From an uncultured Bdellovibrionales bacterium (GTDB lineage: Bacteria > Patescibacteriota > Minisyncoccia > Moranbacterales > UBA1568): a DNA stretch of 37,704 bases. Of the stretch, positions 1 to 8,549 are shown piece after piece. The translations under genes were made by a program, and so were the position numbers. The DNA lies in contig CAYOIM010000003.1 in assembly GCA_964404075.1 (NCBI GenBank), positions 1 through 37,704 of the forward strand, written 5' to 3'. The notes below the pieces were generated by a model. The model ran no database searches. It was not told where the DNA came from and saw only the letters and a program-made list of their open reading frames with translations. How positions within the stretch are numbered: the first letter of the stretch is position 1; every line of letters starts with the position of its first letter.

Positions 1-3
1 ATG

Positions 4-293
4 CTCCGACGACAGGATTCGAACCTGTGACCAAGTGATTACACGCAATCCCAGTGTTTCCAAAGGGCGTGGACTATATCTTCACCATTTCTCTTTTCAG
101 AGAAGAAGGTGCTTCGGTATCTAGTCTCTACGGCGCCCCCCGTGCTCATCACGGAGGTTCCCACGGTATTAGCATATCCACCAAATGAATGGACTTAGCT
201 TTCACCGTTATCCCGAAAAGTTCATCCTGATGTTTCCATCAAGAGCTGCATTTATGGCTACAGTCACCTGCTCTACCGCTGAGCTACGTCGGA
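4..293 (-). tRNA. tRNA-Asn (anticodon GUU) interrupted by a 218-nt intron in the anticodon loop
   Basis: The minus-strand 5' exon (293..260) reads TCCGACG-TA-GCTC-AGCGGTA-GAGC-A-GGTGA-CTGT. The 3' exon (41..4) reads TAA-TCACT-TGGTC-ACAGG-TTCGAAT-CCTGT-CGTCGGA-G. The 7-bp acceptor stem pairs perfectly and the T-loop is canonical. The joined anticodon loop is CTGTTAA, giving GUU. U1-A72 and G73 match bacterial tRNA-Asn. CCA is not encoded. An alternative junction would give UGU (Thr), but it fits the identity elements less well. Confidence 0.85.
42..259 (-). ncRNA. Group I intron inside tRNA-Asn
   Basis: The minus strand contains GTAGAGACTAGAT and GAAGATATAGTCC, matching the conserved group I R/S (P7) elements (Tetrahymena CAGACUAAA / AAGAUAUAGUC). 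GACTA pairs with TAGTC. Between them is a GAAA-capped hairpin, CACCTTCTTCTCT-GAAA-AGAGAAATGGTG (P8-like). CGGT/ACCG could form P3. The 5' exon ends in U, which can form a U.G pair with GCAG (249..246) as P1. The last intron base is G (pos 42). Confidence 0.8.
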
Positions 294-393
294 ATATTCA
301 CTTTTCAATGAAATCACCAGAAAGGAGCGTTTCGGATGACTCAACTATTATACGAAAATTGAAGGAAAAGGCAAGCTAACAGCCTGAATCTGC

Positions 394-1050
394 TTATTTC
401 AGGAATTTCTTTGCAGACGGACAAATATCCTTCAGGACACATTCCCCGCACTTCGGACTCCTCGAGACGCAGATGGCACGACCGTGGGTGATGAGATATT
501 CATTGATCCGAAGGTAATCCTTCGCCGGAAAGAGTCTCATGAGATCCACGGACATCTTCTCTGGCGTCTTGGCACCCGACCAACCGAGCCGTCCCGCAAG
601 CCGGAAGACATGGGTATCGACCGGTAGCCCGACATTCTTTCCGAATGCTTTGGCGAGGACGATATACGCCGTCTTGTGCGAGACACCCGGGAGGAGCAGG
701 AGGCTTTCGAGTCGGTCCGGGACGACACCGCCGAATTGTTCGGAGAGAATCTTCCCGATTCCCTTCAAATTCTTTGATTTATTCCTATAGAATCCGCAGG
801 AGAAAATTTCCTTTTCGAGTGTCGATACTTTCGCAATCGCATAGTCTTTCGCGGTTTTGTATTTCCGGAACAAAGTCTTCGTCATTTTGTTCACGCGCTC
901 ATCCGTACACTGTGCAGAGAGCATCGTCCCCACCACCAATTCCAAAGGGTTCGACCATTCGACGAATGGCCCTACGACAGGGTACGCCTTTTTCAATCGT
1001 CTGAAGGACTCCCTCACACGCTCCTTTTTTTCTTCGATGGATTCTTTCAT
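394..1050 (-). CDS. nth: Endonuclease III (DNA glycosylase/AP lyase)
   Basis: 218 aa. It has a helix-hairpin-helix region (LLLLPGVSHKTAYIVL) and a C-terminal 4Fe-4S ligand pattern C-x6-C-x2-C-x5-C (CVSRSPKCGECVLKDIC). Confidence 0.9.
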   Translation of the reverse strand: MKESIEEKKERVRESFRRLKKAYPVVGPFVEWSNPLELVVGTMLSAQCTDERVNKMTKTLFRKYKTAKDYAIAKVSTLEKEIFSCGFYRNKSKNLKGIGKILSEQFGGVVPDRLESLLLLPGVSHKTAYIVLAKAFGKNVGLPVDTHVFRLAGRLGWSGAKTPEKMSVDLMRLFPAKDYLRINEYLITHGRAICVSRSPKCGECVLKDICPSAKKFLK

Positions 1051-1105
1051 AGGAAGAGTATCCTACCATATAAAACGAAAACTCCCGGAAGCTGGGGGCT
1101 TTTAT

Positions 1106-1582
1106 TTATGAAGCCAGTCTTTTCAATGCTTCAAGAGCGTAGCTTTTTATCGTTTCTTCTACATCGGTTACCGCCATCACTTCTTCCCTGGTCATCCATC
1201 GACACTCTGTTTTTTCATGATTCTCCGGCTGGACAATGGTGTCAGTTTTGGCCGTCGCAAAGTATACGAGAATCAAATGCTTGTGATTTTCACTCGCATC
1301 ATGGATATTCATGAATACCGGCGGGATGAGCTGCTTCAACCGCCCTGTTCCTTTTTCGGCCAAGATTTTATTCCCATCGTAGAGTTCGATATCCAAACCT
1401 ACTTCTTCCTTTGCCTCGCGAACCGCCGCTTCCTCCGGTGTCTCATTCAATTCAATATGTCCCCCTGGAGCGATCCATCGTTTTACCTTGTCATGCAGAC
1501 GGATAAGCACCTTGTCCTTATGCACGATAAATACCTCAGCAATAAAATCAATCTGCCCCGGCTCCGTATGGATATGCGCCAT
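1106..1582 (-). CDS. NUDIX hydrolase
   Basis: 158 aa with a Nudix box, GGHIELNETPEEAAVREAKEEVGL (Gx5Ex7REUxEExGU). Confidence 0.85.
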   Translation of the reverse strand: MAHIHTEPGQIDFIAEVFIVHKDKVLIRLHDKVKRWIAPGGHIELNETPEEAAVREAKEEVGLDIELYDGNKILAEKGTGRLKQLIPPVFMNIHDASENHKHLILVYFATAKTDTIVQPENHEKTECRWMTREEVMAVTDVEETIKSYALEALKRLAS

Positions 1583-1722
1583 AATCCTTCCAAAAAATTA
1601 TTACCCTTCCATCCTATCACACCAAACAAAAACCACACCGTGAAGCGCGATTTCTGTCTTTATTTCTTCTTTGTCTAGTATCTAATATCCAATGTCTACT
1701 CCCATTTTTCTCTCAAATTTTT

Positions 1723-1756
1723 CAGCGGACGCACCGCTCGAAAAGCGGAGCGACCG
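1723..1756. repeat. GC-rich quasi-palindromic intergenic element, copy A1
   Basis: The sequence is cagcggacgcaccgctcgaaaagcggagcgaccg, flanked by aattttt / ttaaaaaatt. It is near-identical to 32461..32496. It lies directly 3' of the rpoD stop on the minus strand. Confidence 0.7.
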
Positions 1757-1764
1757 TTAAAAAA

Positions 1765-3264
1765 TTAGTAATCCTTCAGCTTCTTGATATCTTCGTGCTC
1801 GCGGATCTTGTCAAGGGCTTTCGCCTCGATCTGACGGATGCGTTCCCTCGTCACCCCGAATTCCTGTCCGACTTCTTCGAGGGTATGCGTCACCCCGTCT
1901 TCAAGTCCGAAACGGATTTTCAGGATCTTCTGTTCTCGAGGTGACAGCTCATTCAGGATTTCATCGATGTGTTCTTTCAGGAGCTTCCTCGAGGCGGACT
2001 GATTCGGCATGACGGTCTCCGTATCCTCGATGAAGTCCCCGAGCACCGAGTCATCATCCGAATCGCCGACGGAAGTTTCAAGTGATACAGTCTCCTGAGA
2101 AATTTTCTGGATGTGACGAATCTTGTCGACTTCGAGTCCCATCTCCGCGGCGATCTCTTCCGGAAGTGGTTCGCGCCCGAGCTCCTGTACGAGGCGGCGC
2201 GTGATCTGCGCGTACTTATTGATCGTCTCAACCATGTGTACCGGAATACGAATCGTACGGGACTGATCGGCGAGTGCCCGGGTGATCGCCTGCCGGATCC
2301 ACCAGGTCGCATAGGTCGAGAATTTGTATCCTTTCCGATAATCGAATTTCTCCACTGCACGAAAAAGACCGATATTCCCTTCTTGAATGAGATCGAGGAG
2401 CGAGAGATTATGCGATCGCCCCACATACTTCTTCGCGATCGATACGACGAGACGGAGGTTCGCCTCGGTCAATTTCTGTTTCGCGGCGAGGTCGCCCTTC
2501 TCGATCAACTTCGCATACTTCACTTCTTCCTCACCCTTCAACAATGCGACGCGACCGATTTCTTTGAGATACATCTGCACGAGATCCGAAGTATCACTGC
2601 TCTCCGAGAGTGCCTGGAGTTCTGCCCGCTCCCGCGCCTTCGCCTTCGCCGGGGTCTCGGGTTTCGCGGCGGTCGGGAGGACTTCGATCTTCAGCATTTC
2701 TTCGGAACCGGTGATTCTGATTCCGGAAGTCTCTAATCGCTCGTACAGGTTCTCCAAATGTTCCAGATCCTGCTCGACATCCGGAAGGATATGGATGATC
2801 TCATCTTCCGTCACGAATCCCCTCTGCTTGCCACGAGCGATCAATTCGTCGAAAGCATTCTGCTTCACCAGATCCCTCGCCTCCTTCACCGCGAGCGCCT
2901 TCCCCGTGAGAGAGACGGATTTTTTTGCGACAACCTTCTTGGTCACCGGTTTCTTGGGTGCGGCTTTCGCAGATTTCCTTCCGCTAGTAAGCGGACTCGC
3001 TTTTTTCGTTACCGCCTTCGGAGACTTCTTCGATTTTGGCGCGGTCTTCTTCGTCGCCTTTTTTCCGCCAGTAAGCAGACCTGTCTTCTTCGTAACCCTC
3101 TTCACCGCCTTTTTCGAAGCAGGCTTTTTTGAAGGCACCGATTTCTTCTTCGTTTGCTTTTTCATCATTTTCTTTTTTCCTCCTGATTGAACGATACCCT
3201 TCATATTCCTCTTCGCAATTATCCGCCTCATCGCCTTCTTTTTATTCTTCTCAGCTGTTGTCAT
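1765..3264 (-). CDS. rpoD: RNA polymerase sigma-70 factor with a lysine-rich N-terminal extension
   Basis: Regions 2-4 are recognisable ([40 protein letters not shown]; [20 protein letters not shown]). The start is uncertain: the ORF opens at 3330 (TTG), and I chose the ATG at 3264 ([10 protein letters not shown]). Confidence 0.9.
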   Translation of the reverse strand: MTTAEKNKKKAMRRIIAKRNMKGIVQSGGKKKMMKKQTKKKSVPSKKPASKKAVKRVTKKTGLLTGGKKATKKTAPKSKKSPKAVTKKASPLTSGRKSAKAAPKKPVTKKVVAKKSVSLTGKALAVKEARDLVKQNAFDELIARGKQRGFVTEDEIIHILPDVEQDLEHLENLYERLETSGIRITGSEEMLKIEVLPTAAKPETPAKAKARERAELQALSESSDTSDLVQMYLKEIGRVALLKGEEEVKYAKLIEKGDLAAKQKLTEANLRLVVSIAKKYVGRSHNLSLLDLIQEGNIGLFRAVEKFDYRKGYKFSTYATWWIRQAITRALADQSRTIRIPVHMVETINKYAQITRRLVQELGREPLPEEIAAEMGLEVDKIRHIQKISQETVSLETSVGDSDDDSVLGDFIEDTETVMPNQSASRKLLKEHIDEILNELSPREQKILKIRFGLEDGVTHTLEEVGQEFGVTRERIRQIEAKALDKIREHEDIKKLKDY

Positions 3265-3363
3265 AATCACATAATAATACCGCGACTTACATAGTATCCA
3301 TAAAAGAGAGCACCCCGTCATCCCCTCCAAAAAGAGAAAAGCGGTTCCGAATCATGCTCTCCG

Positions 3364-5178
3364 CTACGACCGAGAAAGCTCGGTAAATTCTTCCATCAAC
3401 GATTTCTGCAAAGGCTTGTCACCGGCTTTCCTGGCCGATTCCAAGGCACGACTGATGGATGCCAGCCGTTCCTTGCGGATCTCTCCATCGAGAGATTTCA
3501 CATATTGTCCGAGCAGATCCTTTGCGGCCGCCGACCGTTCTTCGGGAGCCCCGGACAAAACGGCGGAAAGTATTTCTTCGGCCTGGAAAGAAAGCTTGGT
3601 TCCAAGAGCCTTGAGCGAGACATCGCCGATCAAGACCAGAGGATCCACTCCTTCCTTCGCTCCCTGCAAAATGTATTGGGAAATCGGGTGCCTCGAGAGA
3701 AACTCTACCACTTTTTCCTCGGAAAGACAAGCGAAATCATTCCGGGCGCCCGTTTCGATGAGGGCAAGTCCGATGATATTTTCACGAAGTATCTCCGCCC
3801 GATTGCCGAAAGAGGCTTCGACCGATCCTGCAGACCGGATACTAGTCGGCGATGACCCGTCTTTCCGGCGCTCTCGAAACTCCTTTTCCAAGGTCGGAGC
3901 GAGCGCCTTCTCATCCATTCCGATACGGAAGGCGAGTCGTGACAGGAAATGCATCCGTTCGATGGCATTCTCCGCATGAGCGAGGATCGGAAGATAGAAT
4001 TCCGCGATCGCTCGCTTTCCTTCTGGCAACTGTGCATCATGCTTCGTCATGGCCTGCTCGAGAAAATATTCGAGCGCCGGTACGGCATGCGTCACGGCCT
4101 CACGGAGCACCTGCGGATTTTCCCTCGCCGCATCCGCGGCATCCTTGCCGGAAGTAATCGCGACAATCGAGACGACGATTTCTTTTCCGAGGGCAAGCTC
4201 GGTACTCCGCCTCGCCGCCGTCTGCCCCGCGCCATCCATATCAAAGAAAAAATATATCCTATTCCCGTATCGCTTGAGGATATCGAGCTGATCCGTCGTC
4301 AGTGCCGTCCCCGATACGGCGACGACATTCTCGATGCCGGCTTGGTAGGTCGCGATCACATCCATATTCCCTTCCACCACGACCGTCGCACCCGATTTCT
4401 TGATCGCATGCTTCGCCTGTGCGAGACCATAGAGCGCCTTGCTCTTCCGATACACCGCGGTCTCCGGCGTATTCACATACTTCGCCTGCGACTCGTCGCC
4501 GCCGGGTACGACACGCGCCGAAAACCCGATGACTCGTCCCATCGCATCCATCACCGGAAATGTAATTCGATTCCGAAATCGGTCATACCAATCCCGCCCA
4601 GTATCTTTTTTGATGGTGAGTCCAGCCGCTTCGATTTCTTCCGGGCGATATCCACGAGAGACGAGAAAATCAGAGAGATGTCGCCACCCTTCCGGTGCAT
4701 ATCCGAGTCGGAACAATTTAATGCTCTCATCGGAGAGTCCGCGATCACGCAGGTACGAGAGTATCTTCGTCTTCCCCGCCCCATCCCACAATTGTTTTTC
4801 ATAGAACTTCGTCGCAAGCTCGAGGATCTCTGTGAGGCGTGGTTTGCTCTCCGCAATCTGTTCCCCGTTCGGCGTCGCGACATATTCCCTACGATACGGT
4901 GCGAGGTCCACGCCAGCCCGTTCCGCGAGGAGGGAGAGTGCCTCCTTGAAATCGAGACTCTCCATCTCCATGAGGAAGGTGAAGACATCGCCCCCTTTAT
5001 TGCAACCGAAACAGTGGAACGATTGCCGCTCCTCGCTCACCATGAAAGACGGGGATTTCTCATTATGAAAAGGACAGCGCGCCTTCCAATTCATGCCCGC
5101 TTTCTCGAGCTTCACATAGCTCCCGATCACTTCGACGATATTGAGCCGTGATTTCACATCCTCGACCGCTGTATTCAT
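3364..5178 (-). CDS. dnaG: DNA primase
   Basis: It has the zinc-binding motif CPFHNEKSPSFMVSEERQSFHCFGCNKGGD and a TOPRIM region (VVVEGNMDV ... FFFDMDGAG). It sits directly upstream of rpoD, as in the conserved dnaG-rpoD operon. Start is the ATG at 5178, with a TTG alternative at 5184. Confidence 0.93.
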   Translation of the reverse strand: MNTAVEDVKSRLNIVEVIGSYVKLEKAGMNWKARCPFHNEKSPSFMVSEERQSFHCFGCNKGGDVFTFLMEMESLDFKEALSLLAERAGVDLAPYRREYVATPNGEQIAESKPRLTEILELATKFYEKQLWDGAGKTKILSYLRDRGLSDESIKLFRLGYAPEGWRHLSDFLVSRGYRPEEIEAAGLTIKKDTGRDWYDRFRNRITFPVMDAMGRVIGFSARVVPGGDESQAKYVNTPETAVYRKSKALYGLAQAKHAIKKSGATVVVEGNMDVIATYQAGIENVVAVSGTALTTDQLDILKRYGNRIYFFFDMDGAGQTAARRSTELALGKEIVVSIVAITSGKDAADAARENPQVLREAVTHAVPALEYFLEQAMTKHDAQLPEGKRAIAEFYLPILAHAENAIERMHFLSRLAFRIGMDEKALAPTLEKEFRERRKDGSSPTSIRSAGSVEASFGNRAEILRENIIGLALIETGARNDFACLSEEKVVEFLSRHPISQYILQGAKEGVDPLVLIGDVSLKALGTKLSFQAEEILSAVLSGAPEERSAAAKDLLGQYVKSLDGEIRKERLASISRALESARKAGDKPLQKSLMEEFTELSRS

Positions 5179-5193
5179 ACTCAAATCGCATCA

Positions 5194-5227
5194 TCGGTCA
5201 CTCCTCCTGCGGGCGGTGCAACCGCTG
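5194..5227. repeat. Partial copy (A4) of the GC-rich quasi-palindromic element
   Basis: cggtcactcctcctgcgggcggtgcaaccgctg shares gcggtgcaaccgctg and the cggt..cc frame with copy A3 (17135..17167). It lies just upstream of dnaG. Confidence 0.4.
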
Positions 5228-5322
5228 ATTCATACCTTAAAATATGTTTCCTCATTCGATAGTTCCTCTCTTTCAGAGTACTCCATCTTACCTGCGAATT
5301 CAAAAAGAATCAATACAGGCAT

Positions 5323-5352
5323 AAAAAAAGGGGTCGATATTCTCGACACCCC
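5323..5352 (-). terminator. Intrinsic terminator (minus strand) in the guaA-dnaG spacer
   Basis: The minus strand reads ggggtgtcga-gaata-tcgacccc followed by tttttttat. The stem is GC-rich with a T7 run. Confidence 0.6.
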
Positions 5353-5374
5353 TGGGGATCACTAAGGCACACGA

Positions 5375-5465
5375 GAACTCACTCCCCCCCGCACTTCCCG
5401 TCAAATACTCGATGGAAGTAAAATATATTCTCACTTCCATTGCATAAAGTACAAGGTACATTAAA
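5375..5465. repeat. Hairpin-containing repeat R1 (paralog of 7251..7325)
   Basis: gaactcactcc ... gatggaagtaaaatatattctcacttccattgcata ... acaaggtacattaaaaaac. The stem is 8 bp, atggaagt/acttccat (5412-5419 / 5433-5440). Confidence 0.6.
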
Positions 5466-5490
5466 AAACATCAAAAACAAAAAAATTGAG

Positions 5491-5529
5491 ATAAAAAAAA
5501 GGGCTGACTCTCTCCCGAAGGAAACAGCC
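5491..5529 (-). terminator. Intrinsic terminator after guaA
   Basis: The minus strand reads ggctgtttccttcgggagagagtcagccc followed by ttttttttatc, about 20 nt after the guaA stop. Confidence 0.6.
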
Positions 5530-5548
5530 AGCCAATGAGTAAGAACGA

Positions 5549-7147
5549 TTACCCCCACTCGATAGTAGAGAAAGGCTTGTCGGAAGTACGATACGCCACC
5601 GCACCGATACCCGGCACCTCATTGCCGAAGCGTTGCTGGATGCGAACATGGAAATCATCCGGCAATTTCGCCGACCGCGCCGTAAAACCGTTAACGCTCC
5701 ATACCGCCCAGTAAACGACCAGTACACCAGTTCCAGCATCATCTCCCTTCGTGAAGGTATGTTGCGACAGCGTCACTACGACGCCTGCTTGCCAAACCGT
5801 TTCATACAGACCGGCTCGGCGAAGCTCCTCGATATAAATTCCGTCGAGATGACGCGCCATAGCGAGTTTTTCACGAGTAATCTCGCCCTCTATTCTCACG
5901 ACAAGTCCAGGACCCGGAAACGGATGCCGGATCAGCAACGCCTCAGGGACACCGATATCCCGACCGATACTTCGTGCATTATCCTTCACGCAATCATCGA
6001 GTGGCGTGATTTCGGGAACACTGAAGCCGAGATTGGTATTGTGATGAACCTTGATGACCGCTTTGCGAGCACCACTCGACAATCCACTGCCACTTTCGGC
6101 GAGATCGGTATACAAGGTGCCCTGAGCGATAAAGCCGGCACCGAAGTCCTGAACCTGTGTTTCGAGAATGCCCCTGTATACACCCCGCATCGCCATTCGC
6201 TTCTCTCGCATGGAAGTCTTGCTGGCGAGCGTAACGAGGAAATCCTCGGTGGCATCGATGATGACCAGCTCGAGCCACGGCTGATTGCCAAAATACTCCA
6301 GCACGAAAGCTTCATCATCCGGGCGGTCGATACCTTTGATGTACACCGCACGAATCTGCCCCGGGGCACGCTGTACTGCAAGCGCGAGAAGATAGGCCAC
6401 GACTGAAGAATCAGATCCACCCGAAAGAGCGAGTATGAGGCGATCAATACCGATTTGCTGGCGAAGCTCCACGACTTTCCGCTCTGCGACATCGTGAGAA
6501 TGAAACCGGTCTTTCGCATGACAGATCGAGAAGCAGAAGTTCTCGAAAATCTGAGAGCCAGCGACCGTATCTGAAACCTCAGGATGAAACTGCACCCCGT
6601 AAAGATGTCCATGCGAAGCCGCAGCCAATGCGTTCTCGGTAAAACCGTAGATCGTCAGCCGATCATCCGGTTCTATTCGGTCCCCATGACTGTGTAGCAC
6701 CAGCATCCCATCCTTGCATCCCAGAAACAAATCCCCCGTACACCTGAGGCCCATCGGATGGACTCCGAATTCCTTGCGTTCATCTGGCCGAACCTGAATG
6801 CCGATATGATGCGCCCACATTTGAAATCCGAGGCAAATACCCAAAACGGGGATGCCCAGATCAAAAATGTCAGTATCAAACGGCGGCGTTTCAGAGTACA
6901 CCGAAGCGGGACCTCCCGATATGATGATGCCAATCGGATTCAGAGTTTTCACATCTTCAGCCATCACACTGGCCGGATCAGCGACCAAGCAATACACCCC
7001 CAAACGGGCTAAAGCCTGATAGATCAAATGGTCGAACTGACTCCCCATGGCGAAAAGCAGGAAGACTTCATTGGTACCGCGCACCCGCTTTTCCTCGCAA
7101 ACAGCTGTCAAGGCTTCAGGTGTGGCTTTTTTGAATGTATCGAGCAT
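5549..7147 (-). CDS. guaA: GMP synthase (glutamine-hydrolysing)
   Basis: 532 aa. It has an N-terminal class I amidotransferase domain (GICLGFQM), a PP-loop (LALSGGSDSSV) and a C-terminal dimerisation end (...STIEWG). A GGAGGG Shine-Dalgarno sequence lies 7-8 nt before the ATG. Confidence 0.93.
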   Translation of the reverse strand: MLDTFKKATPEALTAVCEEKRVRGTNEVFLLFAMGSQFDHLIYQALARLGVYCLVADPASVMAEDVKTLNPIGIIISGGPASVYSETPPFDTDIFDLGIPVLGICLGFQMWAHHIGIQVRPDERKEFGVHPMGLRCTGDLFLGCKDGMLVLHSHGDRIEPDDRLTIYGFTENALAAASHGHLYGVQFHPEVSDTVAGSQIFENFCFSICHAKDRFHSHDVAERKVVELRQQIGIDRLILALSGGSDSSVVAYLLALAVQRAPGQIRAVYIKGIDRPDDEAFVLEYFGNQPWLELVIIDATEDFLVTLASKTSMREKRMAMRGVYRGILETQVQDFGAGFIAQGTLYTDLAESGSGLSSGARKAVIKVHHNTNLGFSVPEITPLDDCVKDNARSIGRDIGVPEALLIRHPFPGPGLVVRIEGEITREKLAMARHLDGIYIEELRRAGLYETVWQAGVVVTLSQHTFTKGDDAGTGVLVVYWAVWSVNGFTARSAKLPDDFHVRIQQRFGNEVPGIGAVAYRTSDKPFSTIEWG

Positions 7148-7186
7148 GACAATACCCTCCGCTGGTTGTAAAATTGACTATCCCCC

Positions 7187-7215
7187 ACAATAACCATTCC
7201 AGTGAATATAGTCAA
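7187..7215 (-). promoter_or_regulatory. Putative sigma-70 promoter of guaA
   Basis: The minus strand reads TTGACT (7215..7210), a 17-nt spacer, then TATTGT (7192..7187), about 40 nt upstream of the guaA ATG. Confidence 0.45.
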
Positions 7216-7250
7216 CAACCTATTCTTAATTTATACTGCAAGCTACCTTA

Positions 7251-7325
7251 AAACTCACCTCCGGGTTAAAATGTTTGATGGAAGTAAGATTCTCCATTAC
7301 TTCCATCGCATATTTGCACAAACAA
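7251..7325. repeat. Hairpin-containing repeat R2 (paralog of 5375..5465)
   Basis: aaactcacctcc ... gatggaagtaagattctccattacttccatcgcata ... acaaacaaaaac. The stem is 10 bp, gatggaagta/tacttccatc (7277-7286 / 7298-7307). Confidence 0.6.
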
Positions 7326-7388
7326 AAACTAGGTATATTGTTGTCAAGTAATTAGCAAAGAACCCTTTCTCAAGGGTTCTTTGTCTCT

Positions 7389-8328
7389 TCACTTTGATTC
7401 AAATGGTGTCCCTCTGGTCCAGACTGCCCAGACGATATGAACGAGCTTCCGTTCCACAGCACAGAGAGCACTGAAATAGTGCTTTCCTTCACCGGTCTTC
7501 TTGAGGAAATACTTCTTCAGCTCCGGATTGTACTGTTTCGCGATGAAGGCGGCATTGAAGAGTATATGCCGGAGATAGAGATTGCCTCGCTTCGATATAT
7601 ATCCCTTGCCTTGTACCGAGGTGCCACTCTGGAAGACACGACAATCAAGACCGATATAGGCGGTGAGCTTTTCAGGAGTATCGAATCGATGGATATCTCC
7701 AATGAAGGCGACGAGGGCTGATGCGGTAGTACGACCGACACCAGGAATGGAACGAAGCAGTGCCTGTGTATCCGTCTCATACAGATCCATCTTGTTCGAT
7801 TCCTTTGATTGCTTGCATCACCGCTGTTTCAATATCATGAAGGCTATCAAGATATGAGGTGCCCATCGCTTCCTCCTTGATGCGATGGACATCCATGCGC
7901 TGTTTGGTCATCTTGCGCATTTCGACGAGAGACTGTCGTTCCACGACAAGGGCTTTCAGGATGAGAGTCTCTTTGGTGTCAGTGAAGAGATATCCCTTGC
8001 CAAGAGCGGTCATGGTGCGGATTTTGAGAGCATCCAAACGATCCGTCTTCACCGTACGGAGTCCCTGGGTAATCATGCGGTGACTCTCGAGTGGATTGAT
8101 GACAAACACATTCCATTCATGTGCTGTGAGCGTGACAGCCAAAAGCAGATGATATACTCCGGTCGCTTCGACGCCGATCTTTGTCTCGGCGAAAGCATAC
8201 CCGCAGTCTTCAAGAAGAGTCATGAATGCCTCGATACCCTCCCTGCTATTCATGAATTTCAAGACTTTTTCATCCTCAAAAGCGGCATGAAAGGTGTTTT
8301 TACTCATGTCGATGCCAATAGCTTGCAT
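7389..8328 (-). pseudogene. IS110-family transposase (DEDD recombinase) split by a frameshift
   Basis: The N-terminal ORF 7777..8328 (MQAIGIDMSKNTFHAAF...) matches the IS110 N-terminal domain. The C-terminal ORF 7389..7790 (LRSIPGVGRTTASALVAFIGDIHRF ... YISKRGNLYLRHILF) matches the IS110 C-terminal domain. The two overlap by 14 nt in different frames. The shift must lie within about 40 nt around 7780-7815. Confidence 0.8.
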
Positions 8329-8549
8329 ATGTGTTTTTGTTAAGGGAAAAACAGGAAGAGAGAAAAAGAAAAGAAAAAGAGAGAATGTGAGTATGCCAAT
8401 GGTCCCAGATTTGGTATCCTTGATATGCAGGTTCCTTTGGCATTCGTGGCTCGTACCACAACTAGGTAATCCGCATCAGGAAAGGATTCTGTGAGACCAT
8501 ATGTTTTTGGCGAGACCCCAAGTCTAGCGGTTGAAACGATGGCTCCTCA

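Noticed and set aside
185-379. A 64-aa ORF overlapping the tRNA intron, considered as a possible homing endonuclease.
   Set aside because: It is on the strand opposite the intron and tRNA, is too short, and has no LAGLIDADG, GIY-YIG or HNH motif. The 218-nt intron has no room for an ORF.
7148-7320. A purine riboswitch upstream of guaA.
   Set aside because: The minus-strand leader is only about 35 nt after the putative promoter. The region lacks the conserved purine-riboswitch junction sequences and three-way junction.
8345-8392. The ~48-nt purine run (gggaaaaacaggaagagagaaaaagaaaagaaaaagagagaa) as an independent feature, such as an H-DNA-forming or repeat element.
   Set aside because: It is a single low-complexity tract in the IS110 upstream arm with no periodic repeat unit. 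It is noted under the IS110 finding only.
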